Below, one piece after another: positions 37,590-50,943 of a stretch of 64,000 nt of DNA. Position 1 is the first letter of the stretch. Each line of letters starts with the position of its first letter. Below the pieces are notes generated by a model. It saw only the letters and a list, made by a program, of their open reading frames with translations. It ran no database searches and was not told the origin of the DNA. The DNA comes from Raja brachyura (lineage: Eukaryota). Made by a program: the position numbers and the translations under genes. The stretch lies in NCBI GenBank assembly GCA_963514005.1, contig OY740795.1, forward strand, positions 930,001 to 994,000. The letters run 5' to 3'.

Positions 37590-38190
37590 CGTTTAAAATA
37601 CAAGGGCGCTGCACAAGAAGGAACAAACCCGGTTGTACTTTTTGAGAAGGCTCCAGTCTTTCAACGTCTGCAGTAAGATGCTGCAGATGTTGGGCCAGCC
37701 GATCGTAGCCAGTCCCAACTTATTGGCAGCCGTGTGCTGGGGCAGCAAGGCGGCGAACGCGGACGCAAATAGGAAATACAAAACTCACCAGGCAGGATGG
37801 CTCCGTCCTTGCGGCGGAGTTGGAACAGAGGAGGTGCTCTAGGAGGGAATGATGCTCCTCAAACTGCGGTGCATCCTGGACAAATCACCTCACCCCCTCC
37901 ATGACATACTGGTCAAACTGAGGAGTATCTTCAGCAAATGGCGGGTTCCACCAAGTGGCAGGCCAGAACGTCACATGAAATCCTTCTTCCCTGTGGCTAT
38001 CAAACTGTACAACCTCAACCCCTGTCGTGGGGTAGACTGTCGTCCACCCCCCCCCCCCCCCAATCTTTTCACACCCTTAATCCTTTCCACTTGCCAATTT
38101 AATGTAATGTTCATTTATTTTGTGTTTTAAGACTGTTTCAGATGAAGTTCCCTCCTGGAATAAATAAAGTCATATGGCATCGTTACGTAT
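37590..38190 (+). mobile_element. Rex1/Babar-type LINE 3' fragment (second family)
   Basis: LYFLRRLQSFNVC, ILD..PHPLH, SFFPVAIKLYN; AATAAA and TATCG-like tail. Confidence 0.8.
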
Positions 38191-40210
38191 CGTACTGGAC
38201 GAAATGAAACAATAGGTTAAACCAATTTAGTTTGTTTCCTCTGGAGCATCGGAGGTCGGGGGCAGACCTGATAGGATTATCTACAATGATTAAGGGCATA
38301 GGTGGAACAGAACGGCAGAATGTCAACATCTAGATGGCAAAGCGTTAATTAGAAAGGAGCAACGTTTAAGGCAGTAGTGCTGATCAACGTATCTTAACAC
38401 AGCATGTGGTAGGTACCTGGAACGCCATGGAAGCGATGGTCGTAGTGTCCGTTACGGCAGTGGCATTGAAGAGGCGTTTGGAAAGGCTCATAAATATGCA
38501 GGAAATGGAAGGATAATCCGGTGATAAGATCAAACGAAAATGTTTAATCTGAGATTTATATACTTGTCTCTATATATTATAATTAGAAATTGTTCCATTC
38601 ATTGTTAAGATGTATACTGTTTTTTTTTTATCTTTAAGTATAATAATTGTTTATTAGCTATATGTTTTTTTGTTTGTTTTTTCTCTCTTTTTCTCTTTTA
38701 ATCAAAATTATAATCACACTCTTTAAATTAATCTCTATTCTTTCTTTACTCTTTTTTTTTTCTTCACACTATTAAAAAATTGAGGCCTATATATATGGCT
38801 TTATAATATTTATATAATTTTGGAAAGATGTAATATGTATATCTGAAAATACATTTTTTTAAAAAGGAAATGGAAGGATAAGGATCACCTGCAGGCAGAG
38901 AAGAGAGGTTTAACGCCTTCATATTCCTGGACTGAGCAAACCGACATTTTCTATCAGTCCCAGCGTTTTTAGCGTTAGTTCGCGACCTGGCCATTCGACG
39001 GGTTACTGGTGTGAACTTTGGGACCCTGGTTGACAACTGCAAAGTCGCGTATTAGGCAGAGGGGCCGAGATTTTTGCAAACATACATTGATTCCAAGACG
39101 TTTTGCTACTTTTTGATATTTGAATAAACTGTCCGATCAATAAAATGCATTGCCATTCGAACCACATATCCAGCGTCTACTGCGGCGCAAAAGTTCACTG
39201 TTTCTATGTTTCTCACGGGTGCACGACCACACCTAGTTTGTTTTTCATTGATTCAGAAGATGTGGGCTGGGCGATTTGTCTTCGACGTTAGGACAGGGTT
39301 AGGCGGGGAGCCAAGACTCGGCTTCATGACGGCTAAAACCTGCCAATGAAAAGGACGCGATGGCATTACAAAACGCTCAGAAGTATTTCACTGGAATTTC
39401 GCCTGGGTTGGAAGATGGTAAATATGCCTATATTGGTGATGCTGGGATTGTTGCAGCTGAAAGGTAAAATCCAGGGAATTTAACTGATTGAGGTTTATAA
39501 AACTATGAAGAACATAGATATGGAAGATAGTGAGAATCTTTTTATCCCAGTGTACGGGAGCCTACAGCTGGATAGCATGGGTAAAAGTGCGAGGAGAGAA
39601 ATAGACAATAGACAACAGACAGCAGACAGTAGACAATAGGTGCAGGAATAGGCCATTCCGCCCTTCGAGCCAGCACCGCCAGTCAATGTGATCATGGCTG
39701 ATCATCTACGAAATTTAAGGGGAACGTTTTTCCACACAGAGGTTTATAAATATATGGAACAGGGAGGAGATGGCGAATCAGGTATAATTAGGAAATTTAA
39801 AAGGCATTTTGACATGCGCTTGGATAGAAAAGAAGCAGAGAAATACAGATCAATGCGAAAGCTTGATTTCATTAATTGGACGATCCACGGTACGGCCAAT
39901 GTGCCCTGCTGAATTCCTCTATAACTATGACTGGAATATACGAACGACAACCTACAACAACTGAAATTGATGCCAAATCTGAAGGATTTCAGCGATCCCG
40001 AAATAATTTGGGAAGGAGATCTACGAACGTGCAGGAATAGGGACTAAAACCAAAGTTATGTAGAATCCAACAAAACAGCGTGTTTCGTTATTAAACAGGA
40101 GTGCAACAGAACACATTCAATTCACCTGCATGAACGCTGCTTCCAGAGTACTCTCAAAACGCGATGCCGCACAGGACATATTAGCCCGCTTTCTCAGCAT
40201 CACGACTGAT

Positions 40211-41927
40211 GTTTTCACTAAGGAAGACATAAATAATCTGCCGGAAATAGCAGTGGAACGGGGGTCAAATAAGATGGAGGAACTGAGTGAAATCCAGGTT
40301 AGCCGGGAGGTGGTGTTGGGTAAATTGAACGGATTGAAGGCCGATAAATCCCCAGGGCCAGATAGGCTGCATCCCAGAGTATTCAAGGAGGTAGCCACAG
40401 AAATAGTGGATGTATTAGTGATAATTTTTCAAAATTCCTTAGATTCTGGAGTAGTTCCTGAGGATTGGAGGGTAGCTAATGTAATCCCACTTTTTAAATA
40501 AGGAGGGAGAGAGAAAGCGGGGAATTACAGACCAGTTAGTCTAACATCGGTAGTGGGGAAACTGCTAGAGTCAGTTATTAAAGATGGGATAGCAGCGCAT
40601 TTGGAAAGTGGTGAAATCATTGGACAAAGTCAGCATGGATTTACGAAAGGTAAATCATGTCTGACAAATCTGATAGAATTTTTCGAGGTTGTAACTAGTA
40701 GAGTGTATATGGGAGAACCAGTGGATGTGTTCTATCTAGACTTTCAGAAGGCTTTCGACAAGGTCCCGCATAAGAGATTAACATACAAACTTAAAGCACA
40801 CGGTATTGGGTTCAGTATTGATGTGGATAGAGAACTGGCTAGCAGACAGGAAGCAAAGGGTAGGAGTAAACGGGTCCTTTTCAGAATGGCAGGCAATGAC
40901 TAGTGGGGTACCGCAAGGCTCAGTGCTGGGACCCCAGCTATGTACAATATATATTAATGATTTGGACGAGGGAATTCAATGCAACACCTCCAAATTTGAC
41001 ACCAAGCTGGGGCGTATAGTTAGGTGTGAGGAGGATGCTTGGAGGCTGCAGGGTGATTTGGATAGGCTGAGTGATTGGGCAGATGCATGGCAGATGCAGT
41101 ATAATGTGGATAAATGTGAGGTTATCCACTTTGGTGGCAAAAACATGAGGGTGGACCATTATCTGAATGGTGGCAGATTAGGAAAAGGGGAGAGGCAACG
41201 AGACCTGGGTGTCATGGTACACCAGTTATTGAAAGTAGGCATGCAGGTGCAGCAGGCAGTGAAGAAAGCAAATGGTATGTTAGCATTCATAGCGAAAGGA
41301 TTTGAGCATAGGAGCAGGGAGGTTCTACTGCAGTTGTACAGGGTTTTGGTGAGGCCACACCTGGAGTATTGCGTACAGTTTTGGTCTCCAAATCTGAGGA
41401 AAGACATTCTTGCTATAGAGGGGGTACAGAGAAGATTCACCAGACTGATTCCTGGGACGTCAGGACTTTCATATGAGGAAAGACTGGATAGATTCGGCTT
41501 GTACTCGCTGGAATTTAGAAGATTGATGAGGGATCTTATAGAAACTTACAAAATTCTTGAGGGGTTGGACAAGCTAGATGTTGGAAGATTGTTCCCGATG
41601 TTAGGGGAGTCCAGGACAAGGGGTCACAGTCTAAGGATAAAAGGGAATTCCTTTAGGACCGAGATGAGGAAAACATTCTTTACACCGAGAGTGGTCAGTC
41701 TCTGGAATTCTCTGCCACAGAAGGTAGCCGAGGCCAGCTTATTGGCTATATTTAAGAGGGCGTTAGATGTGGCACTTGTGGCTAAAGGGATCAGGAGGTA
41801 TGGAGAGAGGGCAGGTACGGGATACTGAGTTGGATGATCAGCCATGATCACATTGAATGGCGGTGCAGGCTCGAAGGGCCGAATGGCCTACTCCTGCACC
41901 TATTTTTATATGTTTCTATGTTTCTAT
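40211..41927 (+). mobile_element. CR1 LINE, 5'-truncated; close relative of the copy at 21651-23795
   Basis: Nearly the same translation as ORFs 21651-23696, with a few stops and frameshifts; CTATGTTT tail. Confidence 0.95.
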
Positions 41928-42114
41928 GACTGCACTCACTCGCTCAATTCAGCACAGTTACAACTGTGGTATCACCTGCAGGATGCATTGCAGCAAGTCA
42001 GTAGGATTCCTCGGACAACAAGCCCCACTACCACCAATATGAAAGGCAACAAATGCGTTACCTGTACCATTAGCCCGCCCTCCAAAGGCAAACCAGACAC
42101 TGTGGATCTGTTGT

Positions 42115-42412
42115 CTCACAGCGCCAGAGACCCACGTTCAAGCGTGACCTCAGTTGCTGCGTGTTAGACGTTTGCACGTTCTCCGCGATCGGATTGCTTC
42201 GGTTTCCTCCATGTGCTCCGGTTTCCTGCCACGTCCGAAAGACGTGCGAGTTTGTAGGTTAGTTAGTTTGGCCTCTGTGAATTGCTCCAGCGAATGGACG
42301 AAGAAGTGCGATAACAAATAACGAGTGTGTGAACGGCTGATCGATGGTCAGCGTGTACTCGGTGGGCTGAACGGTCACCTTCCATGCTATGTGTCTAAAC
42401 CAAACTGAACTA
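42115..42412 (+). mobile_element. Degraded tRNA-derived SINE
   Basis: CAGCGCCAGAGACCC..TTTGCACGTTCTCC..CTCCGGTTTCCT..GTGGGCTGAA body, like the SINE at 7833. Confidence 0.65.
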
Positions 42413-43415
42413 TATCGCCGTTCCTTCAAAGTCGCTGGGGCGAATTCCAGGCATTCTCTCTTCTGTTGCATTGTAGATGCACATCTCAGCGTCTCCAGCG
42501 GTTCAAAAATGCAATTCACCACCTCTTCAATGGGGCAATTGGGGGCGGCAATTAATTTCCAGCTCAACCTGTGGACCACACATGCCTTAAATGAATAATT
42601 AAACTGCTGGTCACATATTCTATAAAGCAGTTGCCCAAGCCATGTTATCCCTATCTCCACTTTCATGGAAGAGTGCACACAAACATCAAATGTACATCTA
42701 TTATTTAAATCTATGGCCTTTGCTGATTCGGCCCGATGCACACGGCCGCTCTCAGCGTTACATATCATCCAATCTATCAAGCTGTCTATCTTTCATCGAA
42801 TTATCTTCCCATTTCATCGAATTCTATTTCTATCCTCTTCGATATAAAGGGGAAAAGTACCAGAACGTGTGTCGTCTACACATTTTAAAATTATGATCTG
42901 CACTCCCAAATGCAATGTATCTTTCTGCGAATGAAATTCCCATCGCCCATCGTAGTTCGACTACAAAACCTCTACCAAAAAAAACAAAAAGATTTTGCTA
43001 TCCTTCGGCCCACGTATTACCAACGTTCTTGCTGCCCATAAGTAGACGCATAATCGAAGTGATTTGAAATTCCACGTAATCGAAGGGCTTTCAAATTTCA
43101 TCCAGCTAACAATCTTGTCAGTAACGATTTAATGAGTTTTCAACTTAAATCAGATGACTCATCCAGTCTATATTGCAAAATGTTATGACTTCTATGTGAT
43201 CCAAAGCAAGCATCAGCACTTTCAATGCAGCCTACGCGATTAATTAAAGTTGCATGAAAATGACTGCATTAATTTGTTTGTTCTGAACATTGAAAAAAAC
43301 AACAGCGATGTCGCAAGCTAATTGGCGCTCCAGAGGTTAACGCCGGGTATAACTGCAACCGTGGCCGCGCTTAGTTCAGAACCTGCACCAGGATAGGTCA
43401 ACGACGTGACGGAAA

Positions 43416-45885
43416 ATGCACGCGCCTGGAAACGGCCCGGTCTTTGCTATTTATTATACTATTCTTGCGGTTTTTGGTGTTCCAGGTAATGTTTACGGTC
43501 GATGAACAGGCGCGCTTACAATGTTTGACCATTCTGCATTGCTTGGTAATCGAGATTTTCAGTTTTCTTTGTTTCAGACGTCGGAATTGTTACCCAATGC
43601 AGCACCGCTACTCCCTACTGTTTTTTTTCGCTGTGATATCTTCGTGAAAGGAATAAATGCAATTGGTCTATTTTCTTCCACAGATGCTACCTGTCCGGTT
43701 GGGTTCGTCTAGTAGTTTAATATTTTTTAGTCAAAACCAACAGTCGTTCCAGAAACAAGGCATGCGAAAGAAACGTGGCATCGTTGGGTGTTCCTTGCTG
43801 TGCAGCTGGCAGCAACGATTTGCTGACCTTGTTGCCAGCTGCAAATCCTTCGGTTACAGGAATCACGGAAACCAAATGTCTAACGCCCTTTAATCGTTTT
43901 TTTTTTTGCTGATAGGACACGTGTATCAATGCCCGTGGCCATGTCTCGCTCTTTCAGTGCCATCGTTCCCTGTCGTTTCACATTCACTGTATCCTTACGG
44001 CTCTTCGTGTTTTATTATTGTCTTATTGTTTTTATCATCGATTTCTTATAACACAATGCGCTGTTACTCACTTACTTGTGTTACTATGGTGTTACTTCAA
44101 TATGAGAAGTTTATTGAGCGCTTTCGTCTGCTATAATCGCTCTGCACGCAAACAAATGTGAAATTTGATCGCATAATTTATAAAGCCGCACCTCTCAGCA
44201 CCAGAGACACCAATCCTAACCTCGAGCGCTATCTGTGTGGAGTTTTGAACGGTCTCCTTGAGTACGTGTTGAGTTGTTCTTGGTGCTCCCGTTTCATCCC
44301 ACACCCAGGCTGGTCCGTTAATGTACCATTGCCAATTGCCCCTTGTGCGTGTAAAATCTGCGAAGTGTTAATAACACCATTACCGCTGGATTAGTGTATT
44401 CGGGTAATCCACTAGTTTTAATTTTAGTTTTAGAGACAGCAGGGAAAGGTGCCCTTCGGCCTACCGAGTCCGCGCCCACCAGTGATCCCCGTACACGAGT
44501 ATTGCCGTACACACGCCGGGCACACTAGGTTTCAATTTACATTTTTTTACTGAAGCCAATTAACCTACTAACCTGTACGTTTTGGAATGTGAGAGGAAAC
44601 CGGGGCACACTGAGAAACCCCACGCGGTCACGGGGCGAATGGACAAACTCCGTACACACAGCATGCGTAGTCAGGATTGAACCCCGCTGCGCCACCTGGA
44701 CTTTGGTGAGTGAGGACACGTTGGAGTGAGGACCCGTTTTCACGATCCATATATCTCTACTTTAAAAGGTGATGACGGTGTGTTTGGGAGAACCGTGCTT
44801 CTGTAGTATCCATGGATATCCATGGATAAAACGATAGGTATCCATCGATTAAACGACCGGTCTTAATTCCTGAACAAATGGTCAGAAACACGACTCTTAT
44901 TCCGGCATCGTATTTACCAGTAACTTAATTAGTAGCCCGATTAATAATCACCCCCATCTCTAACTCTTCTCCAACAGCGAACATGGTGACCATTCTGATT
45001 CTTTCTCAAGGAAGATGTGGCCTCTCGAAGTGCATCACTCGGTACCTGGTGTTCATGGCGGCGACGGATTTCCTGGCCATCATCACCGCTGTGATATTGA
45101 GCCGGCTTCGGCCTATTTACGTCCCGGTTAGTTTCCTGTCCACTCTCCCGTACTGTAATCTCGTCATTGCCTTCAGTTGGGTCTCCAAGGACTCTTCCGC
45201 CTGGTTAACGGTCGCCTTCACCTTCGATCGGTTCGTCGCCATTTGCTGTCAAAAGCTGAAACTGAGATATTGCACCGAGAAAGTCGCGGCCGTCGTTATT
45301 GGAACAATTTGTGTTTTGGTCTGTTTCAAGAATATCCCATTTTATTTTGAATATAAACCCATGTACGTTATTAATAAGGTGCCATGGTACTGCACCATTA
45401 AAGAAATCTATTATACTTCTGTGTCCTGGAGGTTCTACGAATGGTTGCACCGTATGCTCAACCCGTGTGTGCCGTTCCTTCTAATTCTGTTGTTCAATAT
45501 TGCGACGATCAGGTACATTCTAGCGGCCAGTAGAGCCCGCAAGAGGCTCCGAGCTCAGAGCAATGGAGATAAACAGAGTGACCCGGAGATGGAAAGCAGA
45601 AGGAAGTCCATCATTTTACTTTTGGCAATCTCCAGTACTTTTATCTTGTTGCGAATTACATATATCGCAAATTTTCTATTTGTACAATTTACCCCCAATG
45701 ACTATGCGGACGGTTCCAATGCAAATGACCCAAGGTTTATCCTTCAAGAAAGCGGATACATGCTGGAAATTCTCAGCTCCTGCACCAATTCGTGCATTTA
45801 TGCAGGGACTCAGACTAAATTCCGAGAGCAGTTGAAGGGTGCGGTAAAATATCCCTTCAATACAGTCAGAAAGTGGTTCAAATAG
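43416..45885 (+). CDS. GPR139/GPR142-like class A GPCR, copy 3, a divergent paralog (exon 1 43416-43485; exon 2 44978-45885)
   Basis: Exon 1 MHAPGNGPVFAIYYTILAVFGVP with GTAATG donor; acceptor CCAACAG (AG ends at 44977); spliced GVPANMVTILILS; intact 7TM ORF, roughly 70-75% identical to copies 1 and 2 by eye. Confidence 0.93.
44190..44695. mobile_element. Two SINE remnants in the GPCR3 intron (+ about 44190-44410; - about 44416-44695)
   Basis: Same SINE body motifs as 7833-8575. Confidence 0.65.
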
Positions 45886-46782
45886 TGGGAATGATTTAAA
45901 TGTGTGTCTTGCATTCAATAATAATACAATGAAACGACAAAATTAGAGACTATTAAATTATGTGCATTTGTGAATTACAAGCAATTGTCAGGTATTTTGT
46001 TATTGTAAACAGCTTCTAATTATTTGCTACAAACCTTACCATCATGTTTTGGTGGGATGAGGGATAGGGAAAGAATGTCTGAAGAAGGGTCTCGACCTAT
46101 TTCTTTTCTCTTTAGGTGCTGCCTGTCCCACTAAGGTACTCCAGCTTTGTGCGTCCAATATCAATGTTTGGTTTTTTTTTCAAGTTGCACAGTACATAAT
46201 TGTGAAATAAAACTCTAACACGTTCTACTTGCATTTGCTTGCTTCGAAAATATTTTAGGAAATATGATCAGGGCTATAGCTTGTCGCGAATTGTCATTTG
46301 TTCAATGGTACTTTATGGTCACGTACACCGAGATACAGTGATATTTGAATTGCTACAATCAAAGCAAAAAAGCAAAAAGATAGATATCTACGTTAAGATT
46401 AATCATAGATTTAAACAGCCACCGCATATGGCGAATGTATTGTGAGTTACTGCAAAAGACCGCAATGTGTCTCTGAAATGGTCGTAAGCCTATAATGGCA
46501 TATCCCAATTAAAGTCGGCAGAGAGGAAGACTACGCTGTCGCGAAGACTGTATGGGTCACGTGTGTTTCAATGGAGCCGGCGGGTTCGGCGTTGAACCAC
46601 CAGCGAGATGAGTCGGTGAGTTAGTGGGTCATTGAATTCCGCACCTGCGCCTGGCTGCATTGAGGTTCGGACCCCGCTGCAGTTCGGTTATTGACATCGA
46701 GAGGAACTCAGCTCAATCGCGTCGGATGCCCGCTTGCACACGGCGCAATTCAGATCCAGAAAAGATCGCAGGCAGTTTAATA

Positions 46783-46822
46783 ATGACTCGTTTTGGTCTG
46801 CACCACATCGTCTTTTTAATAG
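46783..46822 (+). CDS. Probable leader exon of TCR V segment V2
   Basis: 40-nt ATG exon MTRFGLHHIVFLI+G with phase-1 GTAAAT donor; same length and phase as the V1 and V3 leaders; separated from the V exon mostly by CR1 insertions. Confidence 0.6.
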
Positions 46823-47039
46823 GTAAATTAGAACTTGCGTTACTCGTTGACAGATATGACTAATGGACTTTGCAATATGTATCTCCTAATGTCTGATTCC
46901 TTTAATATTAATTGAAGATTCCGACTGCGAGCGTTCCCGTTCCCAAAGTCCCCCGTTATTTTGTACACCCCAACAAGGTCGATTTAAAGGGCTTTTCTCG
47001 TATGTACTTTTCAACAAAGGGGCTTTTTCTGCTCGGTTT

Positions 47040-50000
47040 CCAGTGACGAGCGGAGTTCTGCAGTGGTCGGAGCTGGAGCCGCTACTCCTCGGGTTGTGTA
47101 TTAATGATTTGGACGAGGGGGTTGAAGGATTTGTGGCCAAGTTTGCGGAAGATAGGGAAATAGGTAGAGGGGCAGATAGAGTAGAGAAAGCAGGGACACT
47201 GCAGTACGACTCGGACAGGCTGGGAGAATGGGCAGTGAAGTGGCAGATGGAATATTGTGTAGCAGATTGCGGAGTCATGTATTTTGAGAGTAGGAATAAA
47301 GGCGTGGACTATTTCCTAAATGGGAAGGGAACCTTCCCATTTATACGCTCTTTAGAATTTAGGAGATTGAGAGGGGATCTTAAAGAAACTTATAAAATAC
47401 TTAAGGGGTTGGACAGGCTAGATGCAGGAAGATTGTTCCCGATGTTGGGGAAGTCCAGGACAAGGGGTCACAGCTTAAGGATAAGGGGGAAATCCTTTAA
47501 GACCGAGATGAGAAATACTTTTTTTTCACACAGAGAATGGTGAGTCGCTGGAACTCTCTGCCACAGAGGGTAGTTGAGGCCAGTTCATTGGCTATATTTA
47601 AGAGGGAGTTAGATGTGGCTAAGGGGATCAGAGGGTATGGAGCGAAGGCAGGTACGGGATACCGAGTTGGATGATCAGCCATGATCATATTGAATGGCGG
47701 TGCAGGCTCGAAGGGCTGAATGGCCTACCCCTGCACCTAATTTATATGTTTCTATGTTTCTAACCTAGAATTCGGAGGTGCAAAGGGTGCGGGATTCCCA
47801 AAAGGTTAATCTGCCAGTTGAATCGGTAGTAAAGAAGCATTTATGCCAAGAGCGCTCGAATATAAAATCAAGGGATGTGATGCTGAGGCACGACAAGGCG
47901 CAGGTCAGGCCGCGTGTTCAGTATTTCAGTGAGATATTTTGAGCACCATATCTGGGGAAAGGATGTGTTGGCTCTGGAGTGGGTCCACGGGAGGCTTCCA
48001 AGAATGATCCCTGGAATTACTAGGTTCATATATGATGAGAGTTTAACGGCACTGGGCCTGTACTCGCTGGCGTTTAGAAGGATGGAGAGGGACATTATTG
48101 AAACGTGCCGAATGGTGAAAGGCTTGGATAGAGTGGACGTGGAGATATGTTTCAACTGATAGGAGAGTCTCGGACCAGCGGTCTCAGTCTCAGAATTAAA
48201 GGACGTTCCTTTAGGAAGAAGATGTGCAGGAATTTCTTCAGTCGAAGGGAGGCGAATCTGTGGAATTATTTGCCACAAAAGGCTGTGAAGGCCAAGTCAA
48301 TGGACACGTTTAAGGCCGAGCTGCAGTAGATCGATAATTCATTAGTATGAATGTCAGTTGTTGCAACCACATAATAACCATATAACAATCACAGCACGGA
48401 AACAGGCCTTCTCGGCCCCTCCAGTCCGTGCCGACCATTTATTTTCCCCTAGTCCCATCTACCTGCACTCAGACCATACCCCTCCATTCCCTTCTCGCCC
48501 ATATACCTATCCACTTTACTTTTAAATGTTAAAATCGATCCTGCCTCCACAACTTCTGCTGGAAGATCATTCCACACAGCCACCACTCTCTGAGTAAAGA
48601 AGTTCCCCCTCATGTTACCCCTAAACTTCTGTCGCTTAATTATCATGTCATGCCCTCTTATTTGAATCTTCCCAACCCTCAATGGGAAAAGCTTATCCAC
48701 GTCAACTCTGTCTATCCCTTTCACCATTTTAAAGACCTCAATCAAGTCCCCCCTTAACCTTCTACGCTCCAAAGAATAAAGACCTAACTTGTTCAACCTT
48801 TCTCTGTAACTTAGTTGCTGGAACCCAGGCAACATTCTAGTAAATCTCCTCTGTACTCGCTCTATTTTGTTGACATCCTTCCTATAATTAACCATATAAC
48901 CCTATAACCTTATAACAATTACAGCACGGAAACGAGCCATCTCCGCCCTTCCAGTCCGCGTCGACCATTCATTTTCCCCTAGTCCCATCTACCTGCACTC
49001 AGACCATACCCCTCCATTCCCTTCCCGTCCGTATACCTATCCACTTTACTTTTAAATGTTAAAATCGATCCTGCCTCGACCACTTCTGCAGGAAGCTCAT
49101 TGCACAAAGCCACCACTCTCTGAGTAAAGAAGTCCCCCCTCATGTTACCCCTAAACTTCTGTCCCTTAATTCTCATGTCATGCCCTCTTGTTTGAATCTT
49201 CCCTACCCTCAATGGGAAAAGCTTATCCACAACTCTGTCTATCCCTTTCATAATTTTAAATACCTCAATCGTCCCCCCCTTAATCTTCTGCAGCTCCAAA
49301 GAATAAAGACCTAACTTGTTCAACCTTTCTCTGTAACTTATTTGCTGAAACCCAGGCAACATTCTAGTAAATCTACCGCTGTACTCTCTCTATTTATGGG
49401 GAGAAGGCCGAGGGATAGATTTAGGAGGAAGAGATAGTTCAGCCTTAAGTGAATGGCGGAGTAGACGATGGCTTAATTCTTCTTCTCACTTGTGTCCTTT
49501 GAATAAGCCTCCTCTGTGTCCTTTGAACAAGCCCCTATGAGCTTATTCCAAAAAAACGGTTTCTGCATGAGAACCTACAGGGGACGATTAGCAAGTTTGC
49601 TGATGATACGGTTTTGCTGATAGTGAGGATGGTTGTGAACGAATGCAGCGGGATCTCGATCGATTTGCCAGGTGGGCGGAAGAATGAGTGGTGGAATTTA
49701 ACACAGAGAAATATGAGGTGTTGCGTTTTCGGACGCCGAACACGGGCCGGATCTACATAGTAAATGGTAGTGTTGTTGAACAGTGGGGTCTTGGAGTATA
49801 AGTGGCATGAAAGTCGAATCACAGGTAGATAGGGTGGTCAAAAAGGCTTTTCGCACATTGGCCTTCACCAGTCAGAGTATTGTGTATAGAAGCTGGGAGG
49901 CAATGTTGCAGTTCTATAAGCCGTTGGTGAGACCGCGTTTAGAATATTTGGAATCCAGTTCTGGGCACCATGTTATACGAAATATATTGTGAAGCTTGAA

Positions 50001-50480
50001 AAGGTTCAGAAAAGATTTACGAGGATGTTGCCAGGACTAGAGGGGGTGAGATATAGGGAGAGATTGAGTAGGCTGGATCTCTATTCCATGGAGCGTAGGA
50101 GGATGAGAGGGGTCTTGTGGAAGTATACAAAATCATGAGAGGAATAGTTCGGGTAGATGCACAGAGTCTTTTACACAGAGTAGGGTAATCGAGGACCAGA
50201 GGACATACGTTCACGGTGAAGGGGAAATATTTAATAGGAATCAGAGGCGTAACCTTTTCACACATAGGATGGTGGGTGTATTGAACAAGCTGCCAGAGGA
50301 GGTAGTGGAGACTGGGACTACATTTCGTTTCAGAAACATTTGGACAGGTACATTGACAGTTCAGGTTTGGAGGGTTATGGACTAAGCGCGGGCAAGTGGG
50401 ACTAGGGTAGCAGGGACATTGCTGGCCGGTGTGGGCGAGTTGGGCCGAAGGGCCTGTTTCCGCACTGCATGACTATGACT
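47040..50480. mobile_element. Pile-up of at least five CR1 fragments in both orientations
   Basis: + 47040-47760, + 47765-48360, - 48370-48890, - 48890-49395 and + 49570-50480, each with ORF2 C-terminal motifs and/or microsatellite tails. Confidence 0.88.
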
Positions 50481-50601
50481 TTCCATCCCCTCAATATCGA
50501 TGGACATATTATTGGTAGATTAGGGTATACTTTTCTGCTGCTGATGTGAGCTTTGTCGACGAAGAATTCGATAAAGAGATTAATTCAATTATTCACTCCA
50601 G

Positions 50602-50905
50602 GTACAATTGAAGGGAATTACGTTACTCAGATTGAACGAAAAGTGGAGGCGATTGAAGGAGATCGTCCTGAGTTCAATTGCAAGTACAACACTAGTTATG
50701 TTAACCCGGAGCTTTATTGGTACCGCCTGCACCGGATTGAAGCACCTCAGATTATCCTGCATCTGGATAACACGAAGCCAAAGGATGCGGACATTGGGAC
50801 GGGACGCTTCCGTGCTCGCCTTTTCCAAACTTATCAAATCTTCCGTTTGGTGATTTCTGATGCAGAGGTCGAAGATAGCGCCATCTATATCTGTGCGTTG
50901 CGTAT
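50602..50905 (+). CDS. TCR alpha/delta-type variable exon V2 (different V family from V1 and V3)
   Basis: Acceptor TTCACTCCAG; GTIEG/NYVTQ..EFNCKYNT..ELYWYR..GRF..FRLVISDAEVEDSAIYICALR; open frame with both Cys and the Trp. Confidence 0.9.
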
Positions 50906-50943
50906 CACGGCGTTACAAAACTCCCCGACACTGTACAAAAACC
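50906..50943 (+). other. Recombination signal sequence of V2 (22-nt spacer, variant heptamer)
   Basis: CACGGCG (50906-50912), 22 nt, then consensus nonamer ACAAAAACC (50935-50943). Confidence 0.9.

Noticed and set aside
41928-42090. C-x11-WY pattern (CTHSLNSAQLQLWYHL) resembling a V exon
   Set aside because: No downstream YxC or RSS; the DNA looks more like a degraded RTE-type retroelement end.
50475-50550. Candidate V2 leader immediately upstream of the V exon
   Set aside because: ATG frames hit stops or lack a hydrophobic core and a good phase-1 donor; one ATG lies in the CR1 tail repeat.
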